A stretch of DNA of 64,000 nucleotides from an uncultured Thermoplasmatales archaeon (GTDB taxonomy: Archaea; Thermoplasmatota; SW-10-69-26), in the NCBI GenBank assembly GCA_964581775.1, contig CAZOQA010000001.1, forward strand, positions 38,646-102,645, in the 5' to 3' direction. The position numbers and the translations under genes are program-made. Below are positions 8,769-18,002 of this stretch, piece by piece (the first letter of the stretch is position 1; each line of letters starts with the position of its first letter). The notes below the pieces were generated by a model. It was not told where the DNA came from, ran no database searches, and worked only from the letters and a program-made list of their open reading frames with translations.

Positions 8769-10139
8769 TCATCTAAGGTCTCGGGCACGAGCGACCCACG
8801 CGGCCGCGAGGACCGAGAAGAAGGCCAAGCCCGCCCCCCAGGGAGCCTCCTGGGCAGACAGGGGATCGAGCGCGTCCCCTCCGGGCTCGAGCGGTCCCGT
8901 GGCCACGGCGTCCGTGATGGCGCGCGAGCTGTCCGGGTGCAACAAGGCGCCCGCGTGCCCGTGCAGCGCGTGCCCGGTCTCGTGGACGAGCCCTTGGCCG
9001 GTGTCCACGCCGGGGTTCATCCCGTGCCCGCGGAACGTTTCGCGAACGCTCGTGTCGTTGTGGAAGCGGTACGCTGGAGCGAAGGGCGCGCTCGTGTCCC
9101 CTTCCGTGTACATGCGATCAGGATGCGTTCGAGCCAGTTCAGCGCTGGCGTCGCTGGCGCTGGCGAACCAGGCCGCATGCTCGCTGACGTGCTCAAGCGT
9201 GGCGCGCATCACGACGGTGTGGACGTGGATGCGGCGCTCGGTGTCATGGAAGGGGTTCGGGTGCATGTCCACGCGCGTTTCGACGAGGATGCTGGCCGCG
9301 TTGTGCAACCCGTAGTGGTTGCGGGCGATGCCAGGGTCGGGGCCGCCAGCGATCTCGTCGACGGGTTCGCCGTGCGCAGTGACCTCCCCGTACTCGTTCG
9401 CGGTGTAGCCTTCTTCCTCGGCCGCGGGCCAGAGGGCCTCGTACATCAGATCCTGCGCCGCGTCCAGGGCGGGTTGGGGCACGTTCCCGTGACGGGGGTA
9501 AAGCGTGGTCAGATCGTAGTCGTACACGCGCACGGGCACGGGGTTGCCAAGCCCGGTGCCGCCGTACTCGTGGTGGTCGAGCGCGACGTCCACGTCCCAT
9601 CGGTTGAACACCTCGTGCATGGCGCGGGCCTCGCTGGTGCCCAGGGCGACGTGGTCGCGGTTGGTGTCCACGCCGTCCGTGTTGCCGCGCGTGAACGCTT
9701 CGCTCCCGTCGGGGTTGGCCATGGGCAAGACCAAGAGCACTTGGTCGTCCAGGGTGTCCTGGATGGGTGCGTCTTGGGTGATGTTCTCCAAGAGGCGAAG
9801 CGCAGCGGGTGTGCCGGCGGGCTCGTTGCCGTGCTGCTGGGTCAAAAACAGTGTGACGGGACGATCCTCCACCGGGGTGGTTCCGTCGGGGTTCGTGACG
9901 TGGGCCACGCGGATCTCGCGGTCTTCTTCGGAGGCTCCGACCGTCTCAACGGTCACCCAGTCGTGCTGGGCGGCCTCGTCGAGAGCGGTTTGCACGTCCT
10001 CGTACGTGGGCCAGGTGTCCTCGTGCTCGCTGGCAAGCTGGTCCGCCAGGGAGCCGCCGGCGAGCACGACCAGCGTCAACGAGGCGGCCACGATGAGGGC
10101 TCGCGTGGTGATCAACAGGAAGCCTCCAGGCCTCACCAC
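8769..10139 (-). CDS. secreted M14 zinc carboxypeptidase with C-terminal anchor/sorting tail
   Basis: HGNEP (HxxE zinc site) and NPDG motifs of peptidase M14. N-terminal signal/TM. C-terminal ...PWGAGLAFFSVLAAAWVARARDLR tail. Confidence 0.8.
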   Translation of the reverse strand: MVRPGGFLLITTRALIVAASLTLVVLAGGSLADQLASEHEDTWPTYEDVQTALDEAAQHDWVTVETVGASEEDREIRVAHVTNPDGTTPVEDRPVTLFLTQQHGNEPAGTPAALRLLENITQDAPIQDTLDDQVLLVLPMANPDGSEAFTRGNTDGVDTNRDHVALGTSEARAMHEVFNRWDVDVALDHHEYGGTGLGNPVPVRVYDYDLTTLYPRHGNVPQPALDAAQDLMYEALWPAAEEEGYTANEYGEVTAHGEPVDEIAGGPDPGIARNHYGLHNAASILVETRVDMHPNPFHDTERRIHVHTVVMRATLEHVSEHAAWFASASDASAELARTHPDRMYTEGDTSAPFAPAYRFHNDTSVRETFRGHGMNPGVDTGQGLVHETGHALHGHAGALLHPDSSRAITDAVATGPLEPGGDALDPLSAQEAPWGAGLAFFSVLAAAWVARARDLR

Positions 10140-10149
10140 GGACCTGAGG

Positions 10150-10157
10150 GGTTAAAA
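10150..10157 (-). promoter_or_regulatory. TTTTAACC motif (minus-strand orientation) just upstream of the M14 carboxypeptidase start
   Basis: Minus-strand gcTTTTAACCcc. The same octamer occurs upstream of tRNA-His and prs. It lies only about 15 nt from the annotated ATG, so its role and the true start are uncertain. Confidence 0.3.
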
Positions 10158-10257
10158 GCTCACGCCTGCAACGCCCGCAACGCACCCCCGCGCGGGGAAG
10201 GGGCTGGAGAACCGGGCAACAACAAGATTCTTAGGAGGCTATCGCGCATCCGCGCCC

Positions 10258-11655
10258 ATGCGCCGCCGATCCCTCGTCGTCCTCGCAGCCTTCTTCATGC
10301 TCACCGCTGGCTGCCTGGGCCTCGCGGACGGGAACGACGACCTCGACGAGCTGGACCACGAGGGCGACGGGCCCGCGGCCGTCATCGACGTGCAGGAGAC
10401 CGACGACGCGATGACGTACCGCTTCGATGCCACCCGAAGCATCGGGGATGCCCTAAGCTACCATTGGGACCTTGGAGACGGGGCCGAGAACACCGGCGAC
10501 GCCGTCATCGAGTACACCTACTCGGACGAGGACCGCATCTTCCCCGTCACGCTCACCGTCACGCAGGACGACGGCGCCATGGATCGAGCCGTCACCGTCG
10601 TCGAGATCGGCGACCCCAGCACGGAGCCCCCCGAGATCGGTCTCGACCCTGCCGTGCACTGGATCGGCATGCACAACGAGCTTCCCGTGGACCTGGTAGG
10701 CGACACCGAGGACGTGATGGTCGCCAGCGCCCTGCTCGGGGACGAGCTGCCCGACTGGTACCCGCTCGAAGACGAGCACGACGAGCAGGCCCACAACCAC
10801 AGCGAGGGAGAAGAGCACGACCACAGCTTCGATGGCCCCACCGGCGACTGGGAAGACTCCACGCTGCTCTCCCAAGGCGACGCGCACGAGATCACCTTCG
10901 AGCAAGAAGGCATCTACGTGTACCAGAGCGAACCCCACCCGTCCATGACGGGCATCATCATCGTCGCCAACACGGGCAACGCCTGGGACGAACACGCCGC
11001 CGTCACCACGCACGATACGCGCTTTTTCGCCCCCCAGGTCCTCGAGGTCCAACCCGGCACCACCGTGACGTGGACGAACGCCGCCGACACCTCCCACGAC
11101 GTCTCCCTGCAACAGTACCTCCCCGTCGACAGCTTCCACATGCCCCTGGGCCCCGCCGTCGCCGTCGACTTCGACGGGCCCGGCGTGCACACTGTGGCCG
11201 CCATCTCGCAAGACGAGACCGGGAACCCCGCCATCGACCACGGGCCCATCCTCGTCACCGAGCAAGAGCCCCAACGCGGCGCCGACATCGTCGGATCCGG
11301 CACGTTCGACACGCCCGACGAGGACCCCGACGAGTACACGCTCCAGCTCGACCACGACGGCGAGGTGCAGATCACGTGGACCTGGGAGACCACGCTCGAA
11401 GAGAGCCTTCACGAGGACCCCCTCGAAGGCGTCCGCTTCGACGGGTTCGCCGGAGACCCCGGTGACGGGGAGACCCTGTTCTCCACCTCGGACACGGACT
11501 TCGGCACACAGCTCTCGCTGGACCCCGGCACGTACACGTTCGTGGTCACGAACGAAGACGCCTTCTTGGCCGAGTACAGCTTCCACGTCCACGCGCACGT
11601 CGACGCCACGCCCCCTTGGATCGAGGACGACGGCCACGACGATCACGAGCACTGA
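10258..11655 (+). CDS. Tat lipoprotein with PKD domain and two cupredoxin-like domains, His-rich
   Basis: MRRRSLVVLAAFFMLTAGC is a twin-Arg signal plus lipobox. YRFDATRS..HWDLGDGA..TYSDEDRIFPVTLTVTQDDGA fits a PKD domain. QEGIYVYQSEPHPSMTGIIIV and PGTTVTWTNAADTSHDV match halocyanin/plastocyanin signatures, but the Cys ligand is replaced (YxYxSxPH). There is no Cys after the lipobox. His-rich segments HNHSEGEEHDHSF, HVHAHVD and a DDGHDDHEH C-terminus. Confidence 0.7.
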   Translation: MRRRSLVVLAAFFMLTAGCLGLADGNDDLDELDHEGDGPAAVIDVQETDDAMTYRFDATRSIGDALSYHWDLGDGAENTGDAVIEYTYSDEDRIFPVTLTVTQDDGAMDRAVTVVEIGDPSTEPPEIGLDPAVHWIGMHNELPVDLVGDTEDVMVASALLGDELPDWYPLEDEHDEQAHNHSEGEEHDHSFDGPTGDWEDSTLLSQGDAHEITFEQEGIYVYQSEPHPSMTGIIIVANTGNAWDEHAAVTTHDTRFFAPQVLEVQPGTTVTWTNAADTSHDVSLQQYLPVDSFHMPLGPAVAVDFDGPGVHTVAAISQDETGNPAIDHGPILVTEQEPQRGADIVGSGTFDTPDEDPDEYTLQLDHDGEVQITWTWETTLEESLHEDPLEGVRFDGFAGDPGDGETLFSTSDTDFGTQLSLDPGTYTFVVTNEDAFLAEYSFHVHAHVDATPPWIEDDGHDDHEH

Positions 11656-11715
11656 CGCGCCCCGAAAGCCCCGCCTGGACAACCCTCAAGCCAGGCCCCG
11701 AGCCTCCCGGGACCC

Positions 11716-12474
11716 ATGCCCGCGGACGTCGACATCGTCGTCGAGGAAGAACACGACATCCACAACGCGCTCGTCATCGTCGGCATGCCCACGCTGGGCG
11801 TGGTCGGGACCATCGCCTCCCAATACCTCGTCGACCAGCTCCAGATGCCAGAGGTCGGAGGCATCTACTCACCCCGGTTCCCTCCCGTGGGCCGCATCCA
11901 GCAAGGACGAAGCGGGTTCCCCGTGCGTCTGCACGCGCTCGAGACCCGCTGCGGGCTGGACTTAACGTGCGAGCACCTAGCCGTGGCCGTCACCGAGTTC
12001 CTTCCCAGCCCCCAAAGCATGTACGCGCTGGCCGAGGCCTTGGCAGCCTGGGCCAACGAAACGGACGCGGCCGGCGTCGTGATCCCCGACGGGTTGCTGG
12101 TCCGAGCAAGCGAAGGCGCGGTGCACGGCGTGGCCGCCACCGAGAAGGCCCGATCGGCCCTGGAGAAGGCCGAGGTCGAGATGCTCGACGAGGGCGTCGT
12201 GGCCGGGTTCTCGGCCGCCATGATCGCCAACGGGCGCCGTCGCAATGTGGACGCGTTCTCGATCCTGGCCGAGTCCGCACACGAGCACCCGGATTCGCGA
12301 GCCGCCGCCCGCCTGGTCCAGGTGCTGGACGCGTTCGTTCCCGAGATCGACATCGAGACCAAGCCTCTGCTGGAGGAAGCGCAGCGGATCGAGGAGCGAG
12401 CCCAATCCATCCGCCGGGAGATCGAGCAGCGCTCCGAGCGCGCCGATGCCCCCTTCGATCAGATGTACACCTGA
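11716..12474 (+). CDS. PAC2-family (proteasome assembly chaperone-like, COG1938) protein
   Basis: N-terminal LVIVGMPTLGVVGTIASQYLVDQL is the typical PAC2 signature. Size 252 aa. Confidence 0.65.
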   Translation: MPADVDIVVEEEHDIHNALVIVGMPTLGVVGTIASQYLVDQLQMPEVGGIYSPRFPPVGRIQQGRSGFPVRLHALETRCGLDLTCEHLAVAVTEFLPSPQSMYALAEALAAWANETDAAGVVIPDGLLVRASEGAVHGVAATEKARSALEKAEVEMLDEGVVAGFSAAMIANGRRRNVDAFSILAESAHEHPDSRAAARLVQVLDAFVPEIDIETKPLLEEAQRIEERAQSIRREIEQRSERADAPFDQMYT

Positions 12475-12530
12475 CGCCGCCACGGCCGATAGCCGCAAGG
12501 TTTTACGAGGTCAGACCTTCCCCCGCCACG

Positions 12531-13442
12531 ATGACGAGCCCCGCAAGGGACATCCCTGGAGCCGGGCTCCCTCTGGAGGGGACGGAAACCTCTCAGACCC
12601 CGGGACTGGTCCAGGAGGGGACCCCCCACGAGGACCCACCCCCCGAGGGAGAGGTGCGCATCCGGCTGCTCACGGACCCCTGGAGCGTATGGTGCTGGGG
12701 CTTCGAGCCGGTCAGGCGGGCCCTCGAGCACCGGTACCCATCGATCACGTTCCAGTTCCTTTTGGGCGGGATGTTCGAGCGGCTCCCCGACCCAGGGCGA
12801 GCCGGGTTCGACATGGATCGGTTCTTCGGCACGGTCCACCGCGCCACGGGCATGCCGGTGAGCACGGACGCGCTTCGAGGCAGCCCGCCCTCGTCCACGT
12901 TCCCGGCGTGCATCCACCTGCACGCGGTGCGCCTGATCGACCGCTCGAAGGCAGGGCTCGCGCTGCGAAAACTGAGGGAGGCCGCTTACTTGGACGGCCG
13001 TAACATCTCCCAAACCTCCGTGGGCGCGGACGCGGTCGAGGACGCCGGCGTCGACCGGGAGACGTTCCTGGAAGCCTTGGAAAGCGGGGAACCCGAGCGA
13101 GAGTTCCGTCACCGGCTGACCAAGCTCCAGCAGCAGGGCCTGACCGCGTACCCGACGTTGCTCGTGGAGGGCGAGCAGGGGCAAACGACGGTGCACGGGT
13201 TCCAGTCGCTGCCGCAGGTGCTGGGCGTGGCCGAGGAGGTCAGCGGTCGCGTTCACCCGTCCATGCCCCCTCCCTCGTTGGACGATCTGCTCTCCCAGGG
13301 GGAACGGTGGACCACGCGCGAGGTCGCTGAAGGGCTCGACGTGAAGGTCGAGCAAGCCTTCGAGGAGCTCGAGGAGGCCCGCGAGGACGGCCGGGTCGAG
13401 CGCGAGCCGTACCCGACCGGGGACGCGTGGCGAGTGGCCTAA
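12531..13442 (+). CDS. DsbA/FrnE-like thioredoxin-fold protein
   Basis: IRLLTDPWSVWCWGFEPV resembles the DsbA-family N-terminal beta-strand plus active-site region, but with a single Cys (C-W-G-F). Taken as the ATG-initiated second half of the long six-frame ORF 11616..13442, whose first half overlaps the PAC2 gene and looks spurious. Confidence 0.4.
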   Translation: MTSPARDIPGAGLPLEGTETSQTPGLVQEGTPHEDPPPEGEVRIRLLTDPWSVWCWGFEPVRRALEHRYPSITFQFLLGGMFERLPDPGRAGFDMDRFFGTVHRATGMPVSTDALRGSPPSSTFPACIHLHAVRLIDRSKAGLALRKLREAAYLDGRNISQTSVGADAVEDAGVDRETFLEALESGEPEREFRHRLTKLQQQGLTAYPTLLVEGEQGQTTVHGFQSLPQVLGVAEEVSGRVHPSMPPPSLDDLLSQGERWTTREVAEGLDVKVEQAFEELEEAREDGRVEREPYPTGDAWRVA

Positions 13443-13445
13443 GGA

Positions 13446-14210
13446 CTAGCGCTCTTGCTGGTCCACGTCCACGCCCGGAAGCTCGCCCTCGATCGTGACG
13501 CTCTCGATCATCACGTCGTCCTCAGGGATGTCGCCGCAGCCCCCTCGGCCCGAGCCGGGAGGGTATCCTTGCGCCGTGCAGTCCGTCTCGACGCCCCCGA
13601 TCTCCTCGACGACGCTCATGCCCTCCGTGACGTTCCCGAAGACCGTGTGGTACCCGGTGAGGCGATCTTGTTCGCTCAGCGTGATGAAGAACTGGCTCCC
13701 GCCCGTGGCGGGCTGGCCTACGTTGGCCATCGCGAGCACACCCGCCTCGTCGAGGCGGGCCTCCTCGTGGAAGCCCCCGTTCGCGTCGCACTGATCCGCA
13801 GGCGAGCCGTACCCGCCGGGGTGCTCCTCTACGATGGTGCCGTCCTGGCAGGCGAACTCGTCCGGGATCGTGTACCCGGGCCCTCCTTGCCCCCAGCGGT
13901 CCTTCTGCGCCTCGTCCTGGGTGAGCGGGTCCCCGCCTTGGATCATGAAACCCTCGATGACGCGGTGGAACCGTTGCCCGTCGTAGTACCCCTCCTCGGC
14001 GAGGTCTCCGAAGTTCTGCACGGTCTGGGGGGCCAAGTCGCTGTACAGTTCAAGCTCGATGGTCCCGTTGCTGGTCTCGAGGATCGCGGTGGGTCTCTCG
14101 GTCATGCCGTCGTCGCCTCCGTTCCCTGCGCACCCGGCAAGAGCGACGAGGCCGGCTGCGAGGACGATGGCCAAGCGCGCGGGCTTCATCACGCGTCCAA
14201 GCGTGTACAT
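13446..14210 (-). CDS. ppiB: secreted cyclophilin-type peptidyl-prolyl cis-trans isomerase (lipoprotein)
   Basis: Cyclophilin core (FHRVIEGFMIQGGDP, GQPATGGSQFFITL, TVFGNVTEGMSVVEEI). Signal peptide with LAGC lipobox. Start may be M8 (14189). Confidence 0.85.
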   Translation of the reverse strand: MYTLGRVMKPARLAIVLAAGLVALAGCAGNGGDDGMTERPTAILETSNGTIELELYSDLAPQTVQNFGDLAEEGYYDGQRFHRVIEGFMIQGGDPLTQDEAQKDRWGQGGPGYTIPDEFACQDGTIVEEHPGGYGSPADQCDANGGFHEEARLDEAGVLAMANVGQPATGGSQFFITLSEQDRLTGYHTVFGNVTEGMSVVEEIGGVETDCTAQGYPPGSGRGGCGDIPEDDVMIESVTIEGELPGVDVDQQER

Positions 14211-14399
14211 GCCTTAAGCGTGCCTGTTCCCGTCCCCGGGTGTGCGTCGAGGCGTTCCTGGACGTGCGAGGGGAGGAGGACCAGGCCGACGGGAGGGGCA
14301 AGGAACTAGAGCATCAGATCCCCACGCACGGAGATGGTGGGGGCTCGGTCACGATGACGGGCCTCCTTCGTCGTCCACGGGGAGCGCGCTTACTAGACT

Positions 14400-15773
14400 T
14401 CACAGGGACTCGGCGAGGCGGTCGAGGGCATGCCCCATGGCGCGGGCACCGTCGTGGAAGTGGCTGATGCGGAAGAACTCGTCGGGCGCGTGCAGGCGCT
14501 CGTCGCGCATCCCGTACCCCATCAGGGCGACGGGGGCCAGGCGCTGGAGGGTGGGAACGACAGGGATCGAGGCGCCGTTCCGGATGAACACGGTCTCGCC
14601 GCCGAAGGCGTCCTCGAGCGCGCTGGCGGCGGTCTCGATCACGTCGTTTCGGGGGTCCACGTACCAGGGTTCGTTGGTTTGGAGCACGCGCGCGTCGATG
14701 CTGACGGAGGGGGGCGTGTGCTCTTCTAGGTGCGAGGCGATCTTGTCGCCGATGTCTTGGGCGTCTTGCTGGGCCACGATGCGGCAGCTTAATTTGACGG
14801 TGGCCGATTGGGGGAGGATTGTCTTGAACCCGTCCCCGGCGTACCCGCTGGTGATGCCGTTGATCTCGAGCGAGGGGCGGGCCCACATGCGTTCAAGCGG
14901 CCCGTACCCGGTTTCGCCGTCGAGGGCGGGCGCGCCGGTCTCTTCGAGGAACGCGTCGTCGTCGAAGGGGACTTGGTCCATGAGCTCGCGCTGGGTCTCG
15001 TCCAGCTCGAGGACGTCGTCGTAGAACCCGTCCACGGCGACGCGCAGCTCGTCGTCTTTGAGGGAGGCGAGCGCGCGCACGAGGGCTTCGGCGGGGTTGA
15101 GGATGGCGCCGCCGAACTGGCCGCTGTGCAGGTCCCGGTCGGGGCCTTGGAGCGTGGCTTCGAGCGTGACGATGCCGCGAAGACCGTGGACGATGGCGGG
15201 GTGGTCCTCGTCCCAGAGGTGCGTATCGGAGACGAGGACGGCGTCCGAGGAGAGCTCTTTTTGGTTGACTTCGATGTAGGCGGGCAGCGTGTCTCCGCCG
15301 GTCTCTTCTTCGCCTTCGATGAGGAAGCGGACGTTGACGGGGAGGGTTTGGGCTTCGATGTGGGCTTTGACGCCTTGGAGGTTCGCCAGGAGTTGGCCTT
15401 TGTTGTCGGTGGCTCCGCGGGCTCGAAGGATCCGTCCCTTCTCGGTGTCGTCGACGGTGGGTTCGAAGGGGGGCGTGGTCCAGGCGTCTTCCTCGCCGGG
15501 GGGTTGCACGTCGTAGTGCCCGTAGATGGTGACGGTGGGCGCGTGCTCGTCGACCTCGTAGAGCGCGTCCAGGACGGGCAGGCCCTCGCCTTTGTCGACC
15601 AGGCGCGAGTCGAACCCGAGCCCCTCGAGCGTGTCTTGGAGCCAGGCGGCGGCCTCGTGGCAGTCATCCTCGTAGCGGGGGTCCGTGCTCACGCTGGGGA
15701 TGCGCAGGAAGGCTTTCAGCTGCTCCAGCGCCGGTTTCTCGTGCTCGTCCAGGTAGGCCTGCCAGTCCGTCAT
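14400..15773 (-). CDS. M20 family metallopeptidase (ArgE/DapE/CPG2-like dipeptidase)
   Basis: 457 aa with the M20 catalytic and dimerisation-domain layout (HYDVQP, ATDNKGQ, metal-binding Glu/His/Asp pattern). Confidence 0.8.
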   Translation of the reverse strand: MTDWQAYLDEHEKPALEQLKAFLRIPSVSTDPRYEDDCHEAAAWLQDTLEGLGFDSRLVDKGEGLPVLDALYEVDEHAPTVTIYGHYDVQPPGEEDAWTTPPFEPTVDDTEKGRILRARGATDNKGQLLANLQGVKAHIEAQTLPVNVRFLIEGEEETGGDTLPAYIEVNQKELSSDAVLVSDTHLWDEDHPAIVHGLRGIVTLEATLQGPDRDLHSGQFGGAILNPAEALVRALASLKDDELRVAVDGFYDDVLELDETQRELMDQVPFDDDAFLEETGAPALDGETGYGPLERMWARPSLEINGITSGYAGDGFKTILPQSATVKLSCRIVAQQDAQDIGDKIASHLEEHTPPSVSIDARVLQTNEPWYVDPRNDVIETAASALEDAFGGETVFIRNGASIPVVPTLQRLAPVALMGYGMRDERLHAPDEFFRISHFHDGARAMGHALDRLAESL

Positions 15774-15851
15774 CGTACCTTGGAACGCGAGCGCGCCCTT
15801 GAAACCTGACCCCGGCTAGCGCGGGCCCCGGCGCCTGGGAGGGAGGTCTGT

Positions 15852-16157
15852 TCATTCTTCGAAGACCTGGTCGAGCACGCTCGCGTTCTCGGCGTCGTAG
15901 GGGTCGGTGATGCGGAACACGAGCGAGCCTTCCTCGACGGGGTCCTCGACGGGCATGTCCACGTCGTCCCCGGGTTCGGCTTTCTGGGTCGGACCTTGGG
16001 GCATCTGGAGGGCCTCGACGCTTGTCTCTCGCTGGATCCCGGGACCCTCGATGTGGATGGTGTCCCCGATGGAGAGGGGGCCGTTCTCGAGGTGGATCCG
16101 GGCAGCGTTGGAGTCTTGGCGGTACGAGACGACTCGTCCGATGCGTTTCACAGGCAT
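15852..16157 (-). CDS. hypothetical small acidic protein
   Basis: 101 aa. The N-terminal half (MPVKRIGRVVSYRQDSNAARIHLENGPLSIGDTIHIEG) is beta-strand-like with an acidic C-terminal tail. Family unknown. Confidence 0.4.
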   Translation of the reverse strand: MPVKRIGRVVSYRQDSNAARIHLENGPLSIGDTIHIEGPGIQRETSVEALQMPQGPTQKAEPGDDVDMPVEDPVEEGSLVFRITDPYDAENASVLDQVFEE

Positions 16158-16234
16158 ACTATGCTAGGTTCTAGCATGCCTCGTTTATGGACCTTACCGC
16201 CGAGCCGGGACCCCCTTGTAATCCCTTTTAGCTC

Positions 16235-16735
16235 CTAGGTCGGTAGCTCAAGGCGCGTGAGCTCGTCTTCGTCCGCATCGTAGACGCACACGCTGGGCGT
16301 GGAGGCTCGGTGCACGGCGCCGGGGTTGATCACGCGCGTGTCTCCGACGGTCTCGTCGCGGAAGGCGTGCGTGTGACCGTGCACGACGAGATCGAACGCT
16401 CCGCTGTTGATCATGCCCTCCAGGCGAGCCTTGTCGTCCCCGTGGACGAGACCGATGGTGACCTCGTCCATCTCGACCTCGTGCTTGATATCGTACAAGA
16501 CGTCGGCGTCGTGCTCCTCGATCGCGTCCCGGATCGATCGGGGCCGGTCCATGTTCCCCTGGGCCAGCCACGTCCAGTACCTCTCGAACAGGGGCACCAT
16601 CTCGCCGCTGGCCAGGTCCCCCGCGTGCAGGAGCGCGCGCGGTGCGTGCTCGTCGAGCATCTTGAGAGCATCGCGCGTACGGGCCTTGTCGTCGTGCGTG
16701 TCCGAGATCAGGCCCACGAGCATGCGGGCTCTCAT
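16235..16735 (-). CDS. metallophosphoesterase (MJ0936/YfcE-type phosphodiesterase)
   Basis: GLISDTHD...HAGDL...GNMD...VHGHTH motif series of the calcineurin-like phosphoesterase superfamily, in the short form. Confidence 0.8.
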   Translation of the reverse strand: MRARMLVGLISDTHDDKARTRDALKMLDEHAPRALLHAGDLASGEMVPLFERYWTWLAQGNMDRPRSIRDAIEEHDADVLYDIKHEVEMDEVTIGLVHGDDKARLEGMINSGAFDLVVHGHTHAFRDETVGDTRVINPGAVHRASTPSVCVYDADEDELTRLELPT

Positions 16736-16846
16736 CCGGGGTGGGATTCGTAAACCTGCCGGGTCGCGTTGGTTGAGAAGGGAGAAGGGGGAAGACGGGC
16801 CCGCGGGGGCGGGCCGCGTGGGGGGGATGGGTCGAGAGCGCGGGGC

Positions 16847-17857
16847 TTACTCTTCCTCTTCTTCCGTGATGGAAGCCACGAGCGCGCCCTTCGCGTTGCT
16901 GGTGAGCGGGTTCTGGGCGCGTCGCACGGTGGAGATGTCGAAGGGCAGATCCGCCTCGCGCAGCTTGTCCTTGAAGTGCTGGCTGAAGCCCTTCGGGCTG
17001 CTGGTACCGCCGGCGAGGACCACGGGGAGGTCAAGGTCTTCCTCGAGGTCCGCTTCCACGATCTGGTCCGCGATGTGATCGATGACGTACTCCATGTGCG
17101 CGTCGTGGTAAATCGCGAGCGCGCCTTGGATGTCGCCGGTCGCGGTCTCGAAGTCCATCGCGAAGTCCTCTTCCTTGACGCGCGTGATGCGGTCGACCGG
17201 CTCGCCGGTGCTGTTGGCGGCTTGCTTGTCGATCCAGTCCCCACCGCGCGCCACGCTGAACTGCAGCACGGGCACCGCGTAGTAGGACAGGCACACGTTC
17301 GTCATACCGGCCCCGAAGGAGATGCCGAGCCCGGTGAAGTTGTTGTCGGACAGCTCGCTGTAGATCGTCGCCATGCCCTCGTTGAGGGGGTGCGCGTTGT
17401 ACCCGGCTTCCTCGACGAGCGCCTGCACCGTCTTCTGGTGGTACAGGGTGTCCAGGTCGGAGTCCACGGGGTTGGCGGGGCACACGAAGTACGCGTGCTC
17501 GTCACCCTCGTCGTCGGGCTCCCCGAGGACCCTCTCCACCATCATGCGGATCATGGGGATGGCCCACTTCTCCTTGCGGGAGAGGATCCCTTCGCTCATG
17601 GGGCGCCGGGTCTCCTTGTTGAAGATGTTCGCGAAGTTCAGGGCGTCTTCTCCGACGATGAAAACGCGCTCGCCTTTGCGGATGTACAATACATCGCTCC
17701 GGGAGAGCATCTTCTCGGCGATGTCGGAGTAGTCGATCTCGACGAACGAGTTCCGTTGGCGCTTGAGCACCGTCTGGTCCCCGCTTCGTCGGGCGGACTG
17801 GATATTCATGGTTCCAACGTCGAGTCCTCGTGCCACGTGTATCACCACACCTGCCAC
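16847..17857 (-). CDS. actin-fold ATPase (ParM/MreB/archaeal actin-like)
   Basis: Phosphate-1 GLDVGTMNI. Phosphate-2 TGLGISFGAGMTNVCL. Adenosine motif LPVVLAGGTSSPKGF. 336 aa with acidic EEEEE tail. Confidence 0.6.
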   Translation of the reverse strand: MAGVVIHVARGLDVGTMNIQSARRSGDQTVLKRQRNSFVEIDYSDIAEKMLSRSDVLYIRKGERVFIVGEDALNFANIFNKETRRPMSEGILSRKEKWAIPMIRMMVERVLGEPDDEGDEHAYFVCPANPVDSDLDTLYHQKTVQALVEEAGYNAHPLNEGMATIYSELSDNNFTGLGISFGAGMTNVCLSYYAVPVLQFSVARGGDWIDKQAANSTGEPVDRITRVKEEDFAMDFETATGDIQGALAIYHDAHMEYVIDHIADQIVEADLEEDLDLPVVLAGGTSSPKGFSQHFKDKLREADLPFDISTVRRAQNPLTSNAKGALVASITEEEEE

Positions 17858-18002
17858 CGGGCCCGTAACGTACCGAATCGAGGGCGGCGGTGGCGGACGT
17901 GCCCCGTGGCTCTCCTGTTCCTACAGTTAAACGGTGGGGATAGTCCCGTCCCGGGAGCTAACCCAACGGTCAAATAGTCCGGGTTGGGAGACGTGTGACT
18001 CG

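Noticed and set aside
11616-12530. First half of the 608-aa plus ORF overlapping the PAC2 gene
   Set aside because: Arg/Pro/Gly-rich composition (RRGRTRHPQRARHRR...) and it overlaps a well-supported PAC2-family CDS in another frame. Only the ATG-initiated second half (12531..13442) was kept.
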